Origin: Vicinamibacteria bacterium
GTDB taxonomy: Bacteria > Acidobacteriota > Vicinamibacteria > Fen-336
NCBI GenBank assembly: GCA_041493035.1
Contig: JBGPYB010000005.1
Coordinates: 1-61,030 of the forward strand
Direction of reading: 5' to 3'
Length of the DNA: 61,030 nt
The translations under genes were made by a program, and so were the position numbers. Within the stretch, counting starts at the first letter, position 1. Every line of letters starts with the position of its first letter. Positions 48,298-57,835 of the stretch are shown piece after piece. The notes beneath the pieces are model-generated. The model saw only the letters and a program-made list of their open reading frames with translations, did not search any database and had not been told where the DNA came from.

Positions 48298-48843
48298 ATG
48301 CCGAACGTGAGGGGCCGCGACCTGATCGACGCTTTGGACTTCGTGCGGCACTCCTACGGGGAGGCCGGGCTATCGAAGGCCATCGCGGAGCTCGCTCTCG
48401 GTGCTCGGGCTGTCTTCGGCGGCACGCTGCGCGCGGCCGAGTGGTATTCCCTGGAGCACCTGGTCTCGTATCTCGTGACGGCCAAGCGTGCGCTGGCTCG
48501 GAACGATGATGACTTCTGTCGCAAGGAAGGCTTCTACGCCGGCCAGCGACAAAAGGCTTCCTTTCTGGGCGTGATGGTTGCAACGCCAGAGGCAAGGGAA
48601 AGGACGGCTGCGACGGTTTGGCGCATGTTCTACGACGTAGGGCGACTGAAGATTGTCGGCGAAGGACCCGGGGCGGCAAGTCAGATTCACGACTTCCCCA
48701 CAACCCCCGAGCTATGCCAGCGCTTCGCCGGCATCTGGGAAGGGATCGCCAGCAGTGCGGAACAAGAGGCCGTGGCGATACACACCCGCTGCGTGCTCCG
48801 GGGAGGCGACTGCTGCGAGTTCCGGATCCAGTACACCGCGTGA
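48298..48843 (+). CDS. V4R / H-NOX-fold-like hypothetical protein (DUF2378-like)
   Basis: VRG..L....DFVR..YG, EWY, C-terminal TRCVLRGGDCCEF. Confidence 0.75.
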   Translation: MPNVRGRDLIDALDFVRHSYGEAGLSKAIAELALGARAVFGGTLRAAEWYSLEHLVSYLVTAKRALARNDDDFCRKEGFYAGQRQKASFLGVMVATPEARERTAATVWRMFYDVGRLKIVGEGPGAASQIHDFPTTPELCQRFAGIWEGIASSAEQEAVAIHTRCVLRGGDCCEFRIQYTA

Positions 48844-48995
48844 TGGCGATCGGCACGAACGGCTACTCGCCGGCTTGCCGCGGAACCGACCCTCGATGAG
48901 GCCCTGGTCCCACTGAGCTTCCAGTTCCTCGTCGCGCTGGTCCTGCATCCACTTCGAGGCCCTGCTTCCATGCGTATCCGACCGTCACCTGGGAT

Positions 48996-49496
48996 CTAAG
49001 GCGCGAACACATAGTGCAGAGTCCACTCCTGCCTCGACGCCACTTCCACTGGCCCCTCCACGATGCCATCCATCGAAACGAGTGTGACCGGAGTGCTGCA
49101 CTGATCGGCGGGGTCTAGCGATACCTCGACTCTCGTCGCAACGCCTGCCTCCAGGTCCAAGGGACTCGTCTGCCCCCGGAGACACGCAATCTGGTTGGTA
49201 GCGTGGAGGTAGACACGTACGTAAAGCACGTGGCCGGTCGACTGAGGCTGAAGATCAAAGGCCATTCGGAGCCTTCCCTTGCAGCCGTCGATCCCGGCGC
49301 CACACCCGCTCACCGTGCTGCCAGGCGTGATGCTGGCCCCAGCGAAGAGCATCCGAACTGGCCCAGATCCCTTGGTCGCGACCACCTGAGTGTTCGGGTC
49401 TGGCGTTGGAGCAGGGGGGGCCATCCCGTTCTCCCCACACGCGGCGAGAAGGACACCCACGAATGGAGCCACGACTTTCGCCAAACGGGGAATCAT
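48996..49496 (-). CDS. Hypothetical lipoprotein
   Basis: Lipobox LAAC, PAPTPDP linker, beta-rich body with four Cys. Confidence 0.75.
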   Translation of the reverse strand: MIPRLAKVVAPFVGVLLAACGENGMAPPAPTPDPNTQVVATKGSGPVRMLFAGASITPGSTVSGCGAGIDGCKGRLRMAFDLQPQSTGHVLYVRVYLHATNQIACLRGQTSPLDLEAGVATRVEVSLDPADQCSTPVTLVSMDGIVEGPVEVASRQEWTLHYVFAP

Positions 49497-49530
49497 TGCT
49501 CGCTCATTGGACACTGCTGCCTTCCCGGGA

Positions 49531-50043
49531 TCAGTGTAATGGCTTCGAGTAGTTGAGTACGAGGGCCTCGACGCCTGGATTCTTCGCACCGAGGTGGGCA
49601 TTCGACATGTGGGAGAGCGAGAGCCCGATGCGCGCCCCTCGCGGCAGGCGGAAGTCGATGGCGAGCTGCGAGCGGAATTCGACCACGTGGCCGAGGTCGA
49701 GCCCCCCGCCTCTGGCGTAGAGCCCAGGGGCAAGGCTCGGGGTTATCAAGAGGCGGCGGCCGAGCGGCAGGTCATAGGCGACGCCGCCGCAAGCGTAAGA
49801 GGCGCCGTCGCTCGTCACCATCGCCGCCACGAGCGGCCGCAGGGCCCTCCCGTGTCTCTCCCAGCGGTATCCGGCGCGGAACTCGGCGGCCGGGTCGTTG
49901 CGCCTTTCCACGTCGAAGAGGCCGGCGCTACCCGAGAGAAGGTTCGGGTCTTCGGGGCCCGCGGGGCGCGCGGCGAAGCCCCCGCCGACGAAAGCAAGGC
50001 CCGCAATGACGACAGTAGCAACCGAGGCAAGGAGAGATCCCAT
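49531..50043 (-). CDS. Acyloxyacyl hydrolase / PagL-like outer-membrane beta-barrel
   Basis: DLG...EFRSQL, SHMSNA.LG..NPG.E catalytic His-Ser motif. Confidence 0.85.
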   Translation of the reverse strand: MGSLLASVATVVIAGLAFVGGGFAARPAGPEDPNLLSGSAGLFDVERRNDPAAEFRAGYRWERHGRALRPLVAAMVTSDGASYACGGVAYDLPLGRRLLITPSLAPGLYARGGGLDLGHVVEFRSQLAIDFRLPRGARIGLSLSHMSNAHLGAKNPGVEALVLNYSKPLH

Positions 50044-50142
50044 GTGCTGGAGCGCAGTCTATAGCCCTCAATGCTCGGGTTCCAGGCCATGCTGGCGCCT
50101 CAAGTTGAACGCCCCGCAGCCCGCAGGTAGTCTGACGAACCC

Positions 50143-51804
50143 ATGGCGTTGCGACCGAGCTGGCTGCACGGCCTTTTCGTCTCGATCGCGGTGTTCACGT
50201 ACTTCTATGGTCTCGACAGCCAGCACATCCCCAAGAACGGCGACGAGTATCCCTACGAGCACATCACCCGTCTCACGGCCGAGAGCGGCCGGCTCCTGCC
50301 GCTCTGCTCGGACCTGCCGGAGATGCGCAACACGAAGCCGCCCCTCCTGTTCTGGCAAGGGATCGCATCCACGAGCTGGGGACGGGCCTGGACCTTGTGG
50401 AATCTGCGCTACCCGAGCGTCCTCTACACGCTTGCCACGGCGCTCATGGTCTTCTTCCTCGCCTCACGGCTGTCGCGCCAGGTGGAGACTGGGTTCCTCG
50501 CGACCCTCAATTTTCTGGCCTTCTTCAGCACGTACCGCTTCGGGCGCCCGTTCCTGACCAATCCTCCGGAAGTCTTCTGGCTCTTCCTGCCCTTCTTCAT
50601 TCTCTCGTACTGGCCGGCCGCCCTTGACTCGCGCGTCGCCCTTCCCGTGCTGATGGGACTCGGTGTGGGAATAGCGCTGCTCTACAAGTCCTTTGCGCTG
50701 GCCGTCCCCGTGGGCCTCGCTCTCTCCTGGTGGCATCTTCACTCTCGCGGCTACGATAGAGGAGCGTTTCTGGCGAAGGACGCCCTGAAGATCGTCCTCA
50801 CGATGGTCGTCTCGCTCGCTCTGTTCGCCTCCTGGTTCCTTCTGGACCCCGACCCGCATGCCATCTGGAAGGATTTCATCCTTCGCGAGAATCTGAGCAA
50901 GTTCGATGCGGGAGGCGGCTACATCTCGAAGCTCCTCTGGGGATCCTCGAGCATCTGGAGCCTGGCGCTCGCTTATCCACTGAACGCGGGGTTTCTTGCA
51001 TTCCCCGTCGCGATGCTCGTCGTCTCCGCGTGCCGACGACGACGCGAGCTGGGCGATGCCGAACAGCTCCTGTGGATCTGGGTCATCACTTTGTTCCTGG
51101 TCTTCAGTGTCCCGAGTCAGCGCTCGGGCCGTTATCTGCTCCCGGCCATGCCCGCCCTCGCCGTTCTCCTGGCGCTCAACTGCCATCGGGTCAGCCGGAA
51201 GGCGTTCGTCGGCAGCCTCCTGGCGACAACCGGCGTCCTCGGAACGATCGTCTTCCTATCCGTCGCCTTCCAGGGCGCAGTGCCCGCGGTTCACTTTCCA
51301 CCAGCGCATTGGCTGCTACTGACGAGCGTCGGCCTCGTCATCGTCGTCGGCCTCGGCGTTTCCAACCTTACGCCGGCGAGCGTTCCGGTCGCGAGCCTCT
51401 TGATCCTTCTTTCGCTCGCGTTCTTGCTCCGGCCGCTCGACGGGCCCTTGGGACTCTACGACGCGAGCGTGAGGCGATACGTCGACGGCAAGGACGTGTG
51501 GGTGCCCTACGACTTCGTTGCCAAGTACGAGGGCCATCGCTTCCTGCTGCCGGGAGCAAGGATCCATGGCTATCGCGACGACCAGGAGACGACACCCGCC
51601 GAGCTGGTCGCGCGGTACCCTCTGGTGGTTCTTCGGCTGCCGCTCGGAGACGGTCCTTGCCAGGGGTGTGCGATTCTCGGCCGGCGCTTGGACCTTCGGG
51701 GGCGTCAGAGTTCGAGGGAGCTGCGGGAGATCCTGTTCGAAGGCGACGCCCAGCGCCTGTTCGTGAACGAGGTCCTCGTCGAGGCTCAAGGGAGGCACCA
51801 CTGA
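50143..51804 (+). CDS. ArnT/PMT-family (GT-C) membrane glycosyltransferase
   Basis: GDE..Y, TKPPLLFW, LYKS, RYLLPAMPA; many TM helices. Confidence 0.88.
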   Translation: MALRPSWLHGLFVSIAVFTYFYGLDSQHIPKNGDEYPYEHITRLTAESGRLLPLCSDLPEMRNTKPPLLFWQGIASTSWGRAWTLWNLRYPSVLYTLATALMVFFLASRLSRQVETGFLATLNFLAFFSTYRFGRPFLTNPPEVFWLFLPFFILSYWPAALDSRVALPVLMGLGVGIALLYKSFALAVPVGLALSWWHLHSRGYDRGAFLAKDALKIVLTMVVSLALFASWFLLDPDPHAIWKDFILRENLSKFDAGGGYISKLLWGSSSIWSLALAYPLNAGFLAFPVAMLVVSACRRRRELGDAEQLLWIWVITLFLVFSVPSQRSGRYLLPAMPALAVLLALNCHRVSRKAFVGSLLATTGVLGTIVFLSVAFQGAVPAVHFPPAHWLLLTSVGLVIVVGLGVSNLTPASVPVASLLILLSLAFLLRPLDGPLGLYDASVRRYVDGKDVWVPYDFVAKYEGHRFLLPGARIHGYRDDQETTPAELVARYPLVVLRLPLGDGPCQGCAILGRRLDLRGRQSSRELREILFEGDAQRLFVNEVLVEAQGRHH

Positions 51805-53126
51805 CGCCGGGAAGGCGCAGCCTGCGCGCTTTCGCTTCGAGCAGTGGACTCCTTCTCCTCGTCGTCATCGTCGCCTTCGCAGCGGGGTTCCTTCGAGTGC
51901 TGAGGCGCCAGCCTCCGGCACCGTTTCACGTCGTCCGGGTCGTGGACCCAGCCGAAGAGCCCGTGCTGTGCCGGAGTCGCTTCGTTTCCGCCAGGCAGAA
52001 CGTCCAGACCCACGCGGCCTCGGCGGTCGAGCTGCGGGACGGACGCGTTCGCGCGTTCTGGTATGCGGGCAGCAACGAAGGGGCGCCGGACGTCGAAGTC
52101 CGCACCGCCGTGTTCGATCCCGATCGCAACGCATGGGGTGAAGAAAGAATCGTTGCAAGCCGAGTGAGCACGCAAGAGGCGGTTGGGCGCTTCGTGAAGA
52201 GAATCGGGAACGCCGTCGCCGGCCACGCTGCGGACGGATCCCTCCGGCTCTTCTACGTGACGGGCTCGGTGGGAGGATGGGTCGGCAGCTCCATCACGGT
52301 AATGACGTCGCAGGACGAAGGCGAGACGTGGACCAGGGCGCGACGGCTCATCACCTCCCCCTTCCTGAACCTCAGCACGCTGGTCCGATCCGGGCCGTTT
52401 CTGTACGCCGATGGGACCATGGGCCTGCCCGTCTACCACGAGTTCCTGGGCAAGTTCGGCGAGCTGTTGCGCCTGGACACGACCGGAGGGGTCATCGACA
52501 AGCAGCGATTGGGCTCGGCGGGAAGTGGCCTACAGCCCGTGATTCTTGTGAAGAGCCCACGCGAGGCGCTGGCGCTCTTGCGCTACTCGGGCTCGGAACG
52601 TCCGCACCGGGTGCTCGGCTCGACGACCGTGGACGCGGGGGAGCATTGGACACAGCCGGTCCGGACGTCGCTGTCGAACCCCGACGCCGCCCTCTCGGGC
52701 GTCGTCCTCTCCGACGGGAGAATCCTCGTGGCTCTGAACGATGTTGAAGAAGCTCGCGAGGCTTTGTCTCTGGTCGTCTCCGACGACGGTGGGAATCAGT
52801 GGAGGACCATTTACCAGCTCGAGGACGAATCGGCGGCGCGGGACCAACTGAACGAGGCCGAGTACTCGCGGACCATCGAGGCCCGTGCTCGCGCTTCGGA
52901 CGCGACCGTCGAGGACCCGAGCGCCCACGCCAAGTCCGTACGGCGCGTCACGTACTGGGGCCAGCGGTACCATTTTGAGTTCTCGTATCCTTACTTGATA
53001 GAGACGAGGCGGGGAAGGTTTCACGTTCTCTACACGTGGAACAAGAGCTTCATCAAGGATTTCGAGTTCAACCGGGCCTGGCTGAACATGCGCGTGGCGG
53101 AGGCCTCCGATGCTCGCCTTCACTGA
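51801..53126 (+). CDS. BNR/Asp-box exo-alpha-sialidase-like protein with N-terminal anchor (start uncertain, CTG 51801)
   Basis: HAAS, WYAGSNEGAPDV, Asp-boxes SQDEGETW, TVDAGEHW and SDDGGNQW, EFSYPYL. Confidence 0.85.
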   Translation: MTPGRRSLRAFASSSGLLLLVVIVAFAAGFLRVLRRQPPAPFHVVRVVDPAEEPVLCRSRFVSARQNVQTHAASAVELRDGRVRAFWYAGSNEGAPDVEVRTAVFDPDRNAWGEERIVASRVSTQEAVGRFVKRIGNAVAGHAADGSLRLFYVTGSVGGWVGSSITVMTSQDEGETWTRARRLITSPFLNLSTLVRSGPFLYADGTMGLPVYHEFLGKFGELLRLDTTGGVIDKQRLGSAGSGLQPVILVKSPREALALLRYSGSERPHRVLGSTTVDAGEHWTQPVRTSLSNPDAALSGVVLSDGRILVALNDVEEAREALSLVVSDDGGNQWRTIYQLEDESAARDQLNEAEYSRTIEARARASDATVEDPSAHAKSVRRVTYWGQRYHFEFSYPYLIETRRGRFHVLYTWNKSFIKDFEFNRAWLNMRVAEASDARLH

Positions 53127-53721
53127 CGCGACGGGGCTGGCAGGCTCGGCCACGGCGATCGTGGCGGCATCGCTGGTCGTTCCCGTGCGCGGGGGCCTCA
53201 CGCCGGGCCGACGCGCGTTTGTGCTCGCTGGAGTAGCGGTCGTCGCGTTGACGCCGTTCGGGGGCCTTTCGCCCGCTGGTTACCTGCGAGGCCTCACCGG
53301 CGACCTCAGCATCACGACCCTGGCCCTGCTGCTGCGAGTCCTTTGCGGACACGTCTTCAGGTCGGCTCCCGTAGAGGAGAAAGACCAGGTCGTCCTGCAA
53401 GTCCTCGTCGCTGTCGCAGGTCTGGTCCTCTACCCGCTTGCGCTTGGGATCGGGACGTTCGACCCGTACCGGCTGGGCTACGCGAGTCCCTGGCTGATGG
53501 GCACCCTCTTGCTCGTCGTCTTGACCACTTGGCTGCGGGGGCTCCACCTGGCGACCTGGTGCATCGCGCTCGCGGCGCTCGCATACTCCGTCGGCTGGTA
53601 CGAATCCAACAATCTCTGGGACTATCTGCTCGATCCCCTGGTCGCGACGTACGGGCTGTCGGCCCTCGTCCGAAGGGCCGCACGGCGGCGATCCCCTCGA
53701 ACGCGCCCTACCGGAGGTTGA
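53110..53721 (+). CDS. Conserved hypothetical membrane protein
   Basis: Hydrophobic; RG..GDLSITT, LYP.ALG...FDPY..G, ESNNLWDYLLDP; overlaps the upstream gene. Confidence 0.82.
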   Translation: MLAFTDATGLAGSATAIVAASLVVPVRGGLTPGRRAFVLAGVAVVALTPFGGLSPAGYLRGLTGDLSITTLALLLRVLCGHVFRSAPVEEKDQVVLQVLVAVAGLVLYPLALGIGTFDPYRLGYASPWLMGTLLLVVLTTWLRGLHLATWCIALAALAYSVGWYESNNLWDYLLDPLVATYGLSALVRRAARRRSPRTRPTGG

Positions 53722-53777
53722 AGCTCCCGGTTGAGGACGAGGAAACATCGTTTGCCGGCCCCTCGACCTGGCCAAGT

Positions 53778-56621
53778 CTACCGCAACTCACAGCGACACC
53801 CGGGAGCGCAGCAGAAAGGGGGAACTGCCACCTTGAGTTGCACCGGACCGGTTGCGAGGCGCGCGTCGACGATCAGGGTACCACCCTGTCGGGGGGCGGT
53901 GACACCGCTCGGCCACACGACCAGCACGCTGTTGGCCTCACCGGCGCCTGTGTAGGGTACGCTGATCGGCAGCGCTGCGGTGACGCGGTACCGCTTGCCA
54001 CGCTCTTCGAGCGCGACGCCCGTGATCCGTGCGTCGCGAAGCGGTCCAGTGCCGGCGTTGTTCAGGGTGAGGAGGCCGGCGATTCGATTCCGGGACGAGC
54101 AGAAGACAGACGCTCGAAGCTCCAGGCGCGGCGTGCCCTCGGAAGCGATCCCATAGCTGACGGCCTGGGAAATGCCACCCCCCGGCGACGGGTTCGAGAC
54201 GGCGACAGTATGGGCGCCGGGCGTTGCGATGCCGGTGGGCAGGTCGAGGAGCAGAAGGGATCTCGAGCGGAAGATGACCGTGCGTTCGCCACCGTCCCAC
54301 AGAGCGACCGTGCGCGGCGTGAATCCGTTGCCGGTGAGCTCAAGTCGCACGGTACCGGGGGTCGTGTCCGCGGTCGAGAGCGGCTGGACCGCCGCGAGTT
54401 CCGGTGCGGGGTAATCCAGTTGCAGATCCATCGAGAACGGTTCGGTGGCGTTGATCCCGGCGTTCACGAGGGAGAGCTTGTGGCTCCCGCCCAGCGATTG
54501 GAGCGTCGAGGGAATGAGAGCGAAGAGCTGGTAGCTCGTGCTGTAGACGGTGGAGCCCCCCTGGTCCACTGTCGTGGTCGTCGCTCCGAGGCCGGTGGGC
54601 AGGGGCACGTCGTCGAGCGTGAGCACCGACTGAGGGTCGAGCCACTCCACCTGCACTCCGACTGACTCGAGGGGGGTCGTGTCGAGGCCGACGCCGATGA
54701 GCCCTCCCCCGGCCGTCAGCACCTCGGTGGCGCAGGGGCTCTCGAAGAGGGGGTTGCTGGTGCCGAGCACGGTCCCGAACGGAGGCGGTATCTGGTCGAC
54801 CGGTGGCGGAGGCAGGTGGCCGAAGAGCGTGCCCGCGTCTCCGCAGGCGTCACCGAAGTTCTGCGCACCGGCGAATTGACGGATGAAAACCGATGGGTTC
54901 AAGTTCGGCGCCGGAGCTGCGGCCCAGAGCACGGTCATCTCCAAGGGGTTCGAGACCTGAAACCAGATGTTGAAAGCTCCCGGGGTGCCCACCTGGAGAC
55001 GGACCGTCCCCTGTCGCGCGAGGGCGGGCGCCGGAATGTCCACGGCGTAGATGTCTCCCGGATCGCCCGTCTCGATGAAGGTGCTCGTCGTGGGGATGCC
55101 ATTGACGATGAAGACGTCGTCAGGAGGCGTGCGTCGCACGAGGGCGAGGACCTGCACGCTCCCCACTCCCGGGGGCAGGGCCTTGCTGCACGTGCCGGGG
55201 CCGAGGGCGGCTTGCGTCCGACACGCGTCGACCAGGAGCGGCGGTCTGGTGTCGGAAGTAATGATGTGTTCGTTGCCCGGGAACGTGGGTTGAGTGTCGT
55301 CCGCCAGGGAGACGTTCGACGAGTAGCTCGCGAGATCGAAGGTGGCCTTGGAGAACGGCAGCGTCAGCGGTCCGCCCCCGGGGTTGAAGCTGAAGCTCGG
55401 CACGTCCACCGTGATGACGTCGAGGTCGACCGACCTGCCGTGGAACGCAGCCCGGAACGGGTCCGCCTGGATGGCCGGGGTCGCCTGAAGGAGGGTCGAA
55501 TTGCTGAAGGAAGAGTTCTTGTCGATGATCGGCCTCAGGCGCAGCGCGCTCCCGGCCGGCGGTCCTGTGAAGTGCACGCTCTCCCCCACAGGCACTGATG
55601 GTGTCGCCCCCGACCCGACCGGTTGACCGTTCTCGTCTCTGACTTCGAAGTGAATCATGGGATGCGGCTCGAAACGAAGCGCCTGGTGCACGCCCGCGCT
55701 CAGCCCAGGGGTCAGTTCCAGGATGTGGTACTCGAGATCACCGAGGCCGAGGTTGATCGTGTTGCTCAGCGGAACGAGGATGAGGGAGTTGGAGACGAAG
55801 CTGTTGAGGGCGATACCCGCAAAGAGGAAGTCGTCGTCGGGCACGAAGGAGACGAGGGCATTCGGATTGTTGGCATCACCCCGGGCGCCCTGTCCGTTCA
55901 GGAGGGGGCGGCGAGCCCTGCCATTGATGATGCCGGCCAGGCCGGGCGCATCGTTGCAGCAGGAGAACCCCTTTGGGATCGCCGAGTCGAAGTACCGGCT
56001 CAAAGTGAAGAGCTTCCGGTCGTCGTGGACGGCCTTGTCGATGAGCGTGAACTTGTTGCCGGGCAGGATGGCGGGCGCCAGAAGAGCGTCGAAATCGGTC
56101 TTCAAGAGAAGGTCGGCCCTGAAGGTGGGCCCTGTGCTGACGAAGCTCGCCGTGGCCTCGGGGCGGAAGCTCGTCTTGACGACGAAGGGTTGGCCCGGAA
56201 GGACGGTCTCCAGGTCGGGATACTCGATCTCCACATCCATCGGATAGTTGACCACCACCTGGCCCGCATCGGCGCCGGCATCGAGTCGCAGTCCGGCACC
56301 GAGGCGGAGGTTGTAGTCGACACCGGCACCGACCCTGAATGTCGGAATGAGCGGGAGGTCCACCGTGAAGAACCCACCGATCGTCCCGGGGCCAAAGCCG
56401 AAGGGTCCGGCGCCAATCGACTCTCCGACATTGAATGCCCCGGGTGCCGAGCCCCAGACGCCCGCCGACGCGTTGAAGCGCAGCCGATAGAACTCGGTCG
56501 TCCGCCGGTTGAAGTCGACCGGCGGCAGTGTCAGCACCCGCGTCTGGGCTCGTGCGGGCCATGGTGTCAGGCCCACGACGAGGAGGCTCAAGGCAACCGC
56601 GGACCGACCGATCGTCTTCAT
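53778..56621 (-). CDS. Large secreted beta-rich protein with IPT/TIG-like domains
   Basis: Signal peptide ending ARA-Q; P.L..V.P...LTGNGF...W.G..R..NPSPGGG.S IPT pattern; GGGAG RBS. Confidence 0.82.
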   Translation of the reverse strand: MKTIGRSAVALSLLVVGLTPWPARAQTRVLTLPPVDFNRRTTEFYRLRFNASAGVWGSAPGAFNVGESIGAGPFGFGPGTIGGFFTVDLPLIPTFRVGAGVDYNLRLGAGLRLDAGADAGQVVVNYPMDVEIEYPDLETVLPGQPFVVKTSFRPEATASFVSTGPTFRADLLLKTDFDALLAPAILPGNKFTLIDKAVHDDRKLFTLSRYFDSAIPKGFSCCNDAPGLAGIINGRARRPLLNGQGARGDANNPNALVSFVPDDDFLFAGIALNSFVSNSLILVPLSNTINLGLGDLEYHILELTPGLSAGVHQALRFEPHPMIHFEVRDENGQPVGSGATPSVPVGESVHFTGPPAGSALRLRPIIDKNSSFSNSTLLQATPAIQADPFRAAFHGRSVDLDVITVDVPSFSFNPGGGPLTLPFSKATFDLASYSSNVSLADDTQPTFPGNEHIITSDTRPPLLVDACRTQAALGPGTCSKALPPGVGSVQVLALVRRTPPDDVFIVNGIPTTSTFIETGDPGDIYAVDIPAPALARQGTVRLQVGTPGAFNIWFQVSNPLEMTVLWAAAPAPNLNPSVFIRQFAGAQNFGDACGDAGTLFGHLPPPPVDQIPPPFGTVLGTSNPLFESPCATEVLTAGGGLIGVGLDTTPLESVGVQVEWLDPQSVLTLDDVPLPTGLGATTTTVDQGGSTVYSTSYQLFALIPSTLQSLGGSHKLSLVNAGINATEPFSMDLQLDYPAPELAAVQPLSTADTTPGTVRLELTGNGFTPRTVALWDGGERTVIFRSRSLLLLDLPTGIATPGAHTVAVSNPSPGGGISQAVSYGIASEGTPRLELRASVFCSSRNRIAGLLTLNNAGTGPLRDARITGVALEERGKRYRVTAALPISVPYTGAGEANSVLVVWPSGVTAPRQGGTLIVDARLATGPVQLKVAVPPFCCAPGCRCELR

Positions 56622-56769
56622 GGCGCTCCCTCCATTCCGACCCGCTCGACCCATCAGTCGGCGAGCGGCCGTCTCGGAGGAAGCTAACAGCCCGGCCCGA
56701 CCCGCGGCAGACATGAACATGCGGGTCCCTTTGGGCGCACAAGGAGTAACATCGCCCGAGTGACTGGGG

Positions 56770-57354
56770 GTGGGATTGGTGAAGGCACGGTTGCTGATCG
56801 TCCCGATGCTATTGAGCGTGCAGCTGTCGGCCCAACAGGCGCCGTCGCCGGACGAGCCACGGTTCACTGGCGGCGGGCAGCTCCTGCGCCCCGACAATTA
56901 CAGGGAATGGGTCTTTCTCACCTCGGGCCTCGGGATGACGTATGGTCTCGTCGACGCGGCGACAGCGGCCAACCCACAGTTCGACAACGTCTTCGTCGCG
57001 CCGCGAGCCTACAAGGCCTTCATGGAAACCGGCACGTGGCCCGACAAGACCATGTTGGCTCTGGAGGTCCGCTCCGCGGGAAGCAAAGGCTCGATCAACA
57101 AGGGCGGGCACTACCAGGAGGGAATGGTCGACCTGGAAGTTCACGTCAAGGATCAGTCCCGGTTCCCGAGCAAGTGGGCGTTCGTCGCCTTCGGCGCCTC
57201 CGCGCCGAAGGGAAAGCCTCTCGAGCCCCATTCGAACTGCCAGGAGTGCCATTCCAAGAACGGCGCCGTCGACGAAACGTTCGTGCAGTTCTATCCGACG
57301 CTGATTCCCACGGCCAAGGTGAAGGGGACCTTCAGGCCGGCGGCCAAGGAGTAG
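56770..57354 (+). CDS. Cytochrome P460/c'-beta family protein
   Basis: LLRPDNYREWVFL, F.NVFV.P.AY..F..TG.WPD.T, VKD..RF, CQECH, FVQFYP. Confidence 0.9.
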   Translation: MGLVKARLLIVPMLLSVQLSAQQAPSPDEPRFTGGGQLLRPDNYREWVFLTSGLGMTYGLVDAATAANPQFDNVFVAPRAYKAFMETGTWPDKTMLALEVRSAGSKGSINKGGHYQEGMVDLEVHVKDQSRFPSKWAFVAFGASAPKGKPLEPHSNCQECHSKNGAVDETFVQFYPTLIPTAKVKGTFRPAAKE

Positions 57355-57368
57355 CGGCCTCGAAGGAA

Positions 57369-57703
57369 ATGGCTAGAGTTCGGGGCCGGACCTTGATCGA
57401 CGTCGTCGCGTTTGTGCGCGAGTCCGGGGGCGAGTCGGGGCTCCAGGCGACTCGCGGCAGCCTGGACCCCGACTCGCGTCAACGATCTGGCGGATGTTCT
57501 ACGACTGCGGGAGCCTGGTCGTGTCTGGGGAAGGGGACGATGCAGTCGGCCAGATCCACGACTTCCCGACGACCTCCGAGCTGTGCGAGCGCTTCTGCGG
57601 CAGCTGGGAGGCGGTCGCCAGCACACCGGAGCGCGAGGCCCACGCGACGGAGACCCGATGCGTCCTGCGCGGCGACCCGTACTGCGAGTTCCGGGTTCGC
57701 TAG
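57369..57703 (+). pseudogene. Internally deleted, frameshifted paralogue of the V4R-like gene at 48298
   Basis: MARVRGRTLIDVVAFVRESGGESGL... jumps out of frame near 57480 to TIWRMFYD...QIHDFPTT.ELC.RF...TRCVLRGD..CEF. Confidence 0.82.
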
Positions 57704-57835
57704 CCCGCGGGGTCGCCCGTTGACCGCCGGCTCGATGTACGATCGGGGGGAAGGCAGGCACCCACGCACCCTCTCCTCGGCCGATCTCTCCTGAACGTAC
57801 CGCCCCCGCCGGAAGGCTGCTTCCGTGGTCAGACG

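Noticed and set aside
48298-48843. Bona fide heme-binding H-NOX sensor
   Set aside because: No YxSxR motif or obvious proximal His; only fold-level resemblance
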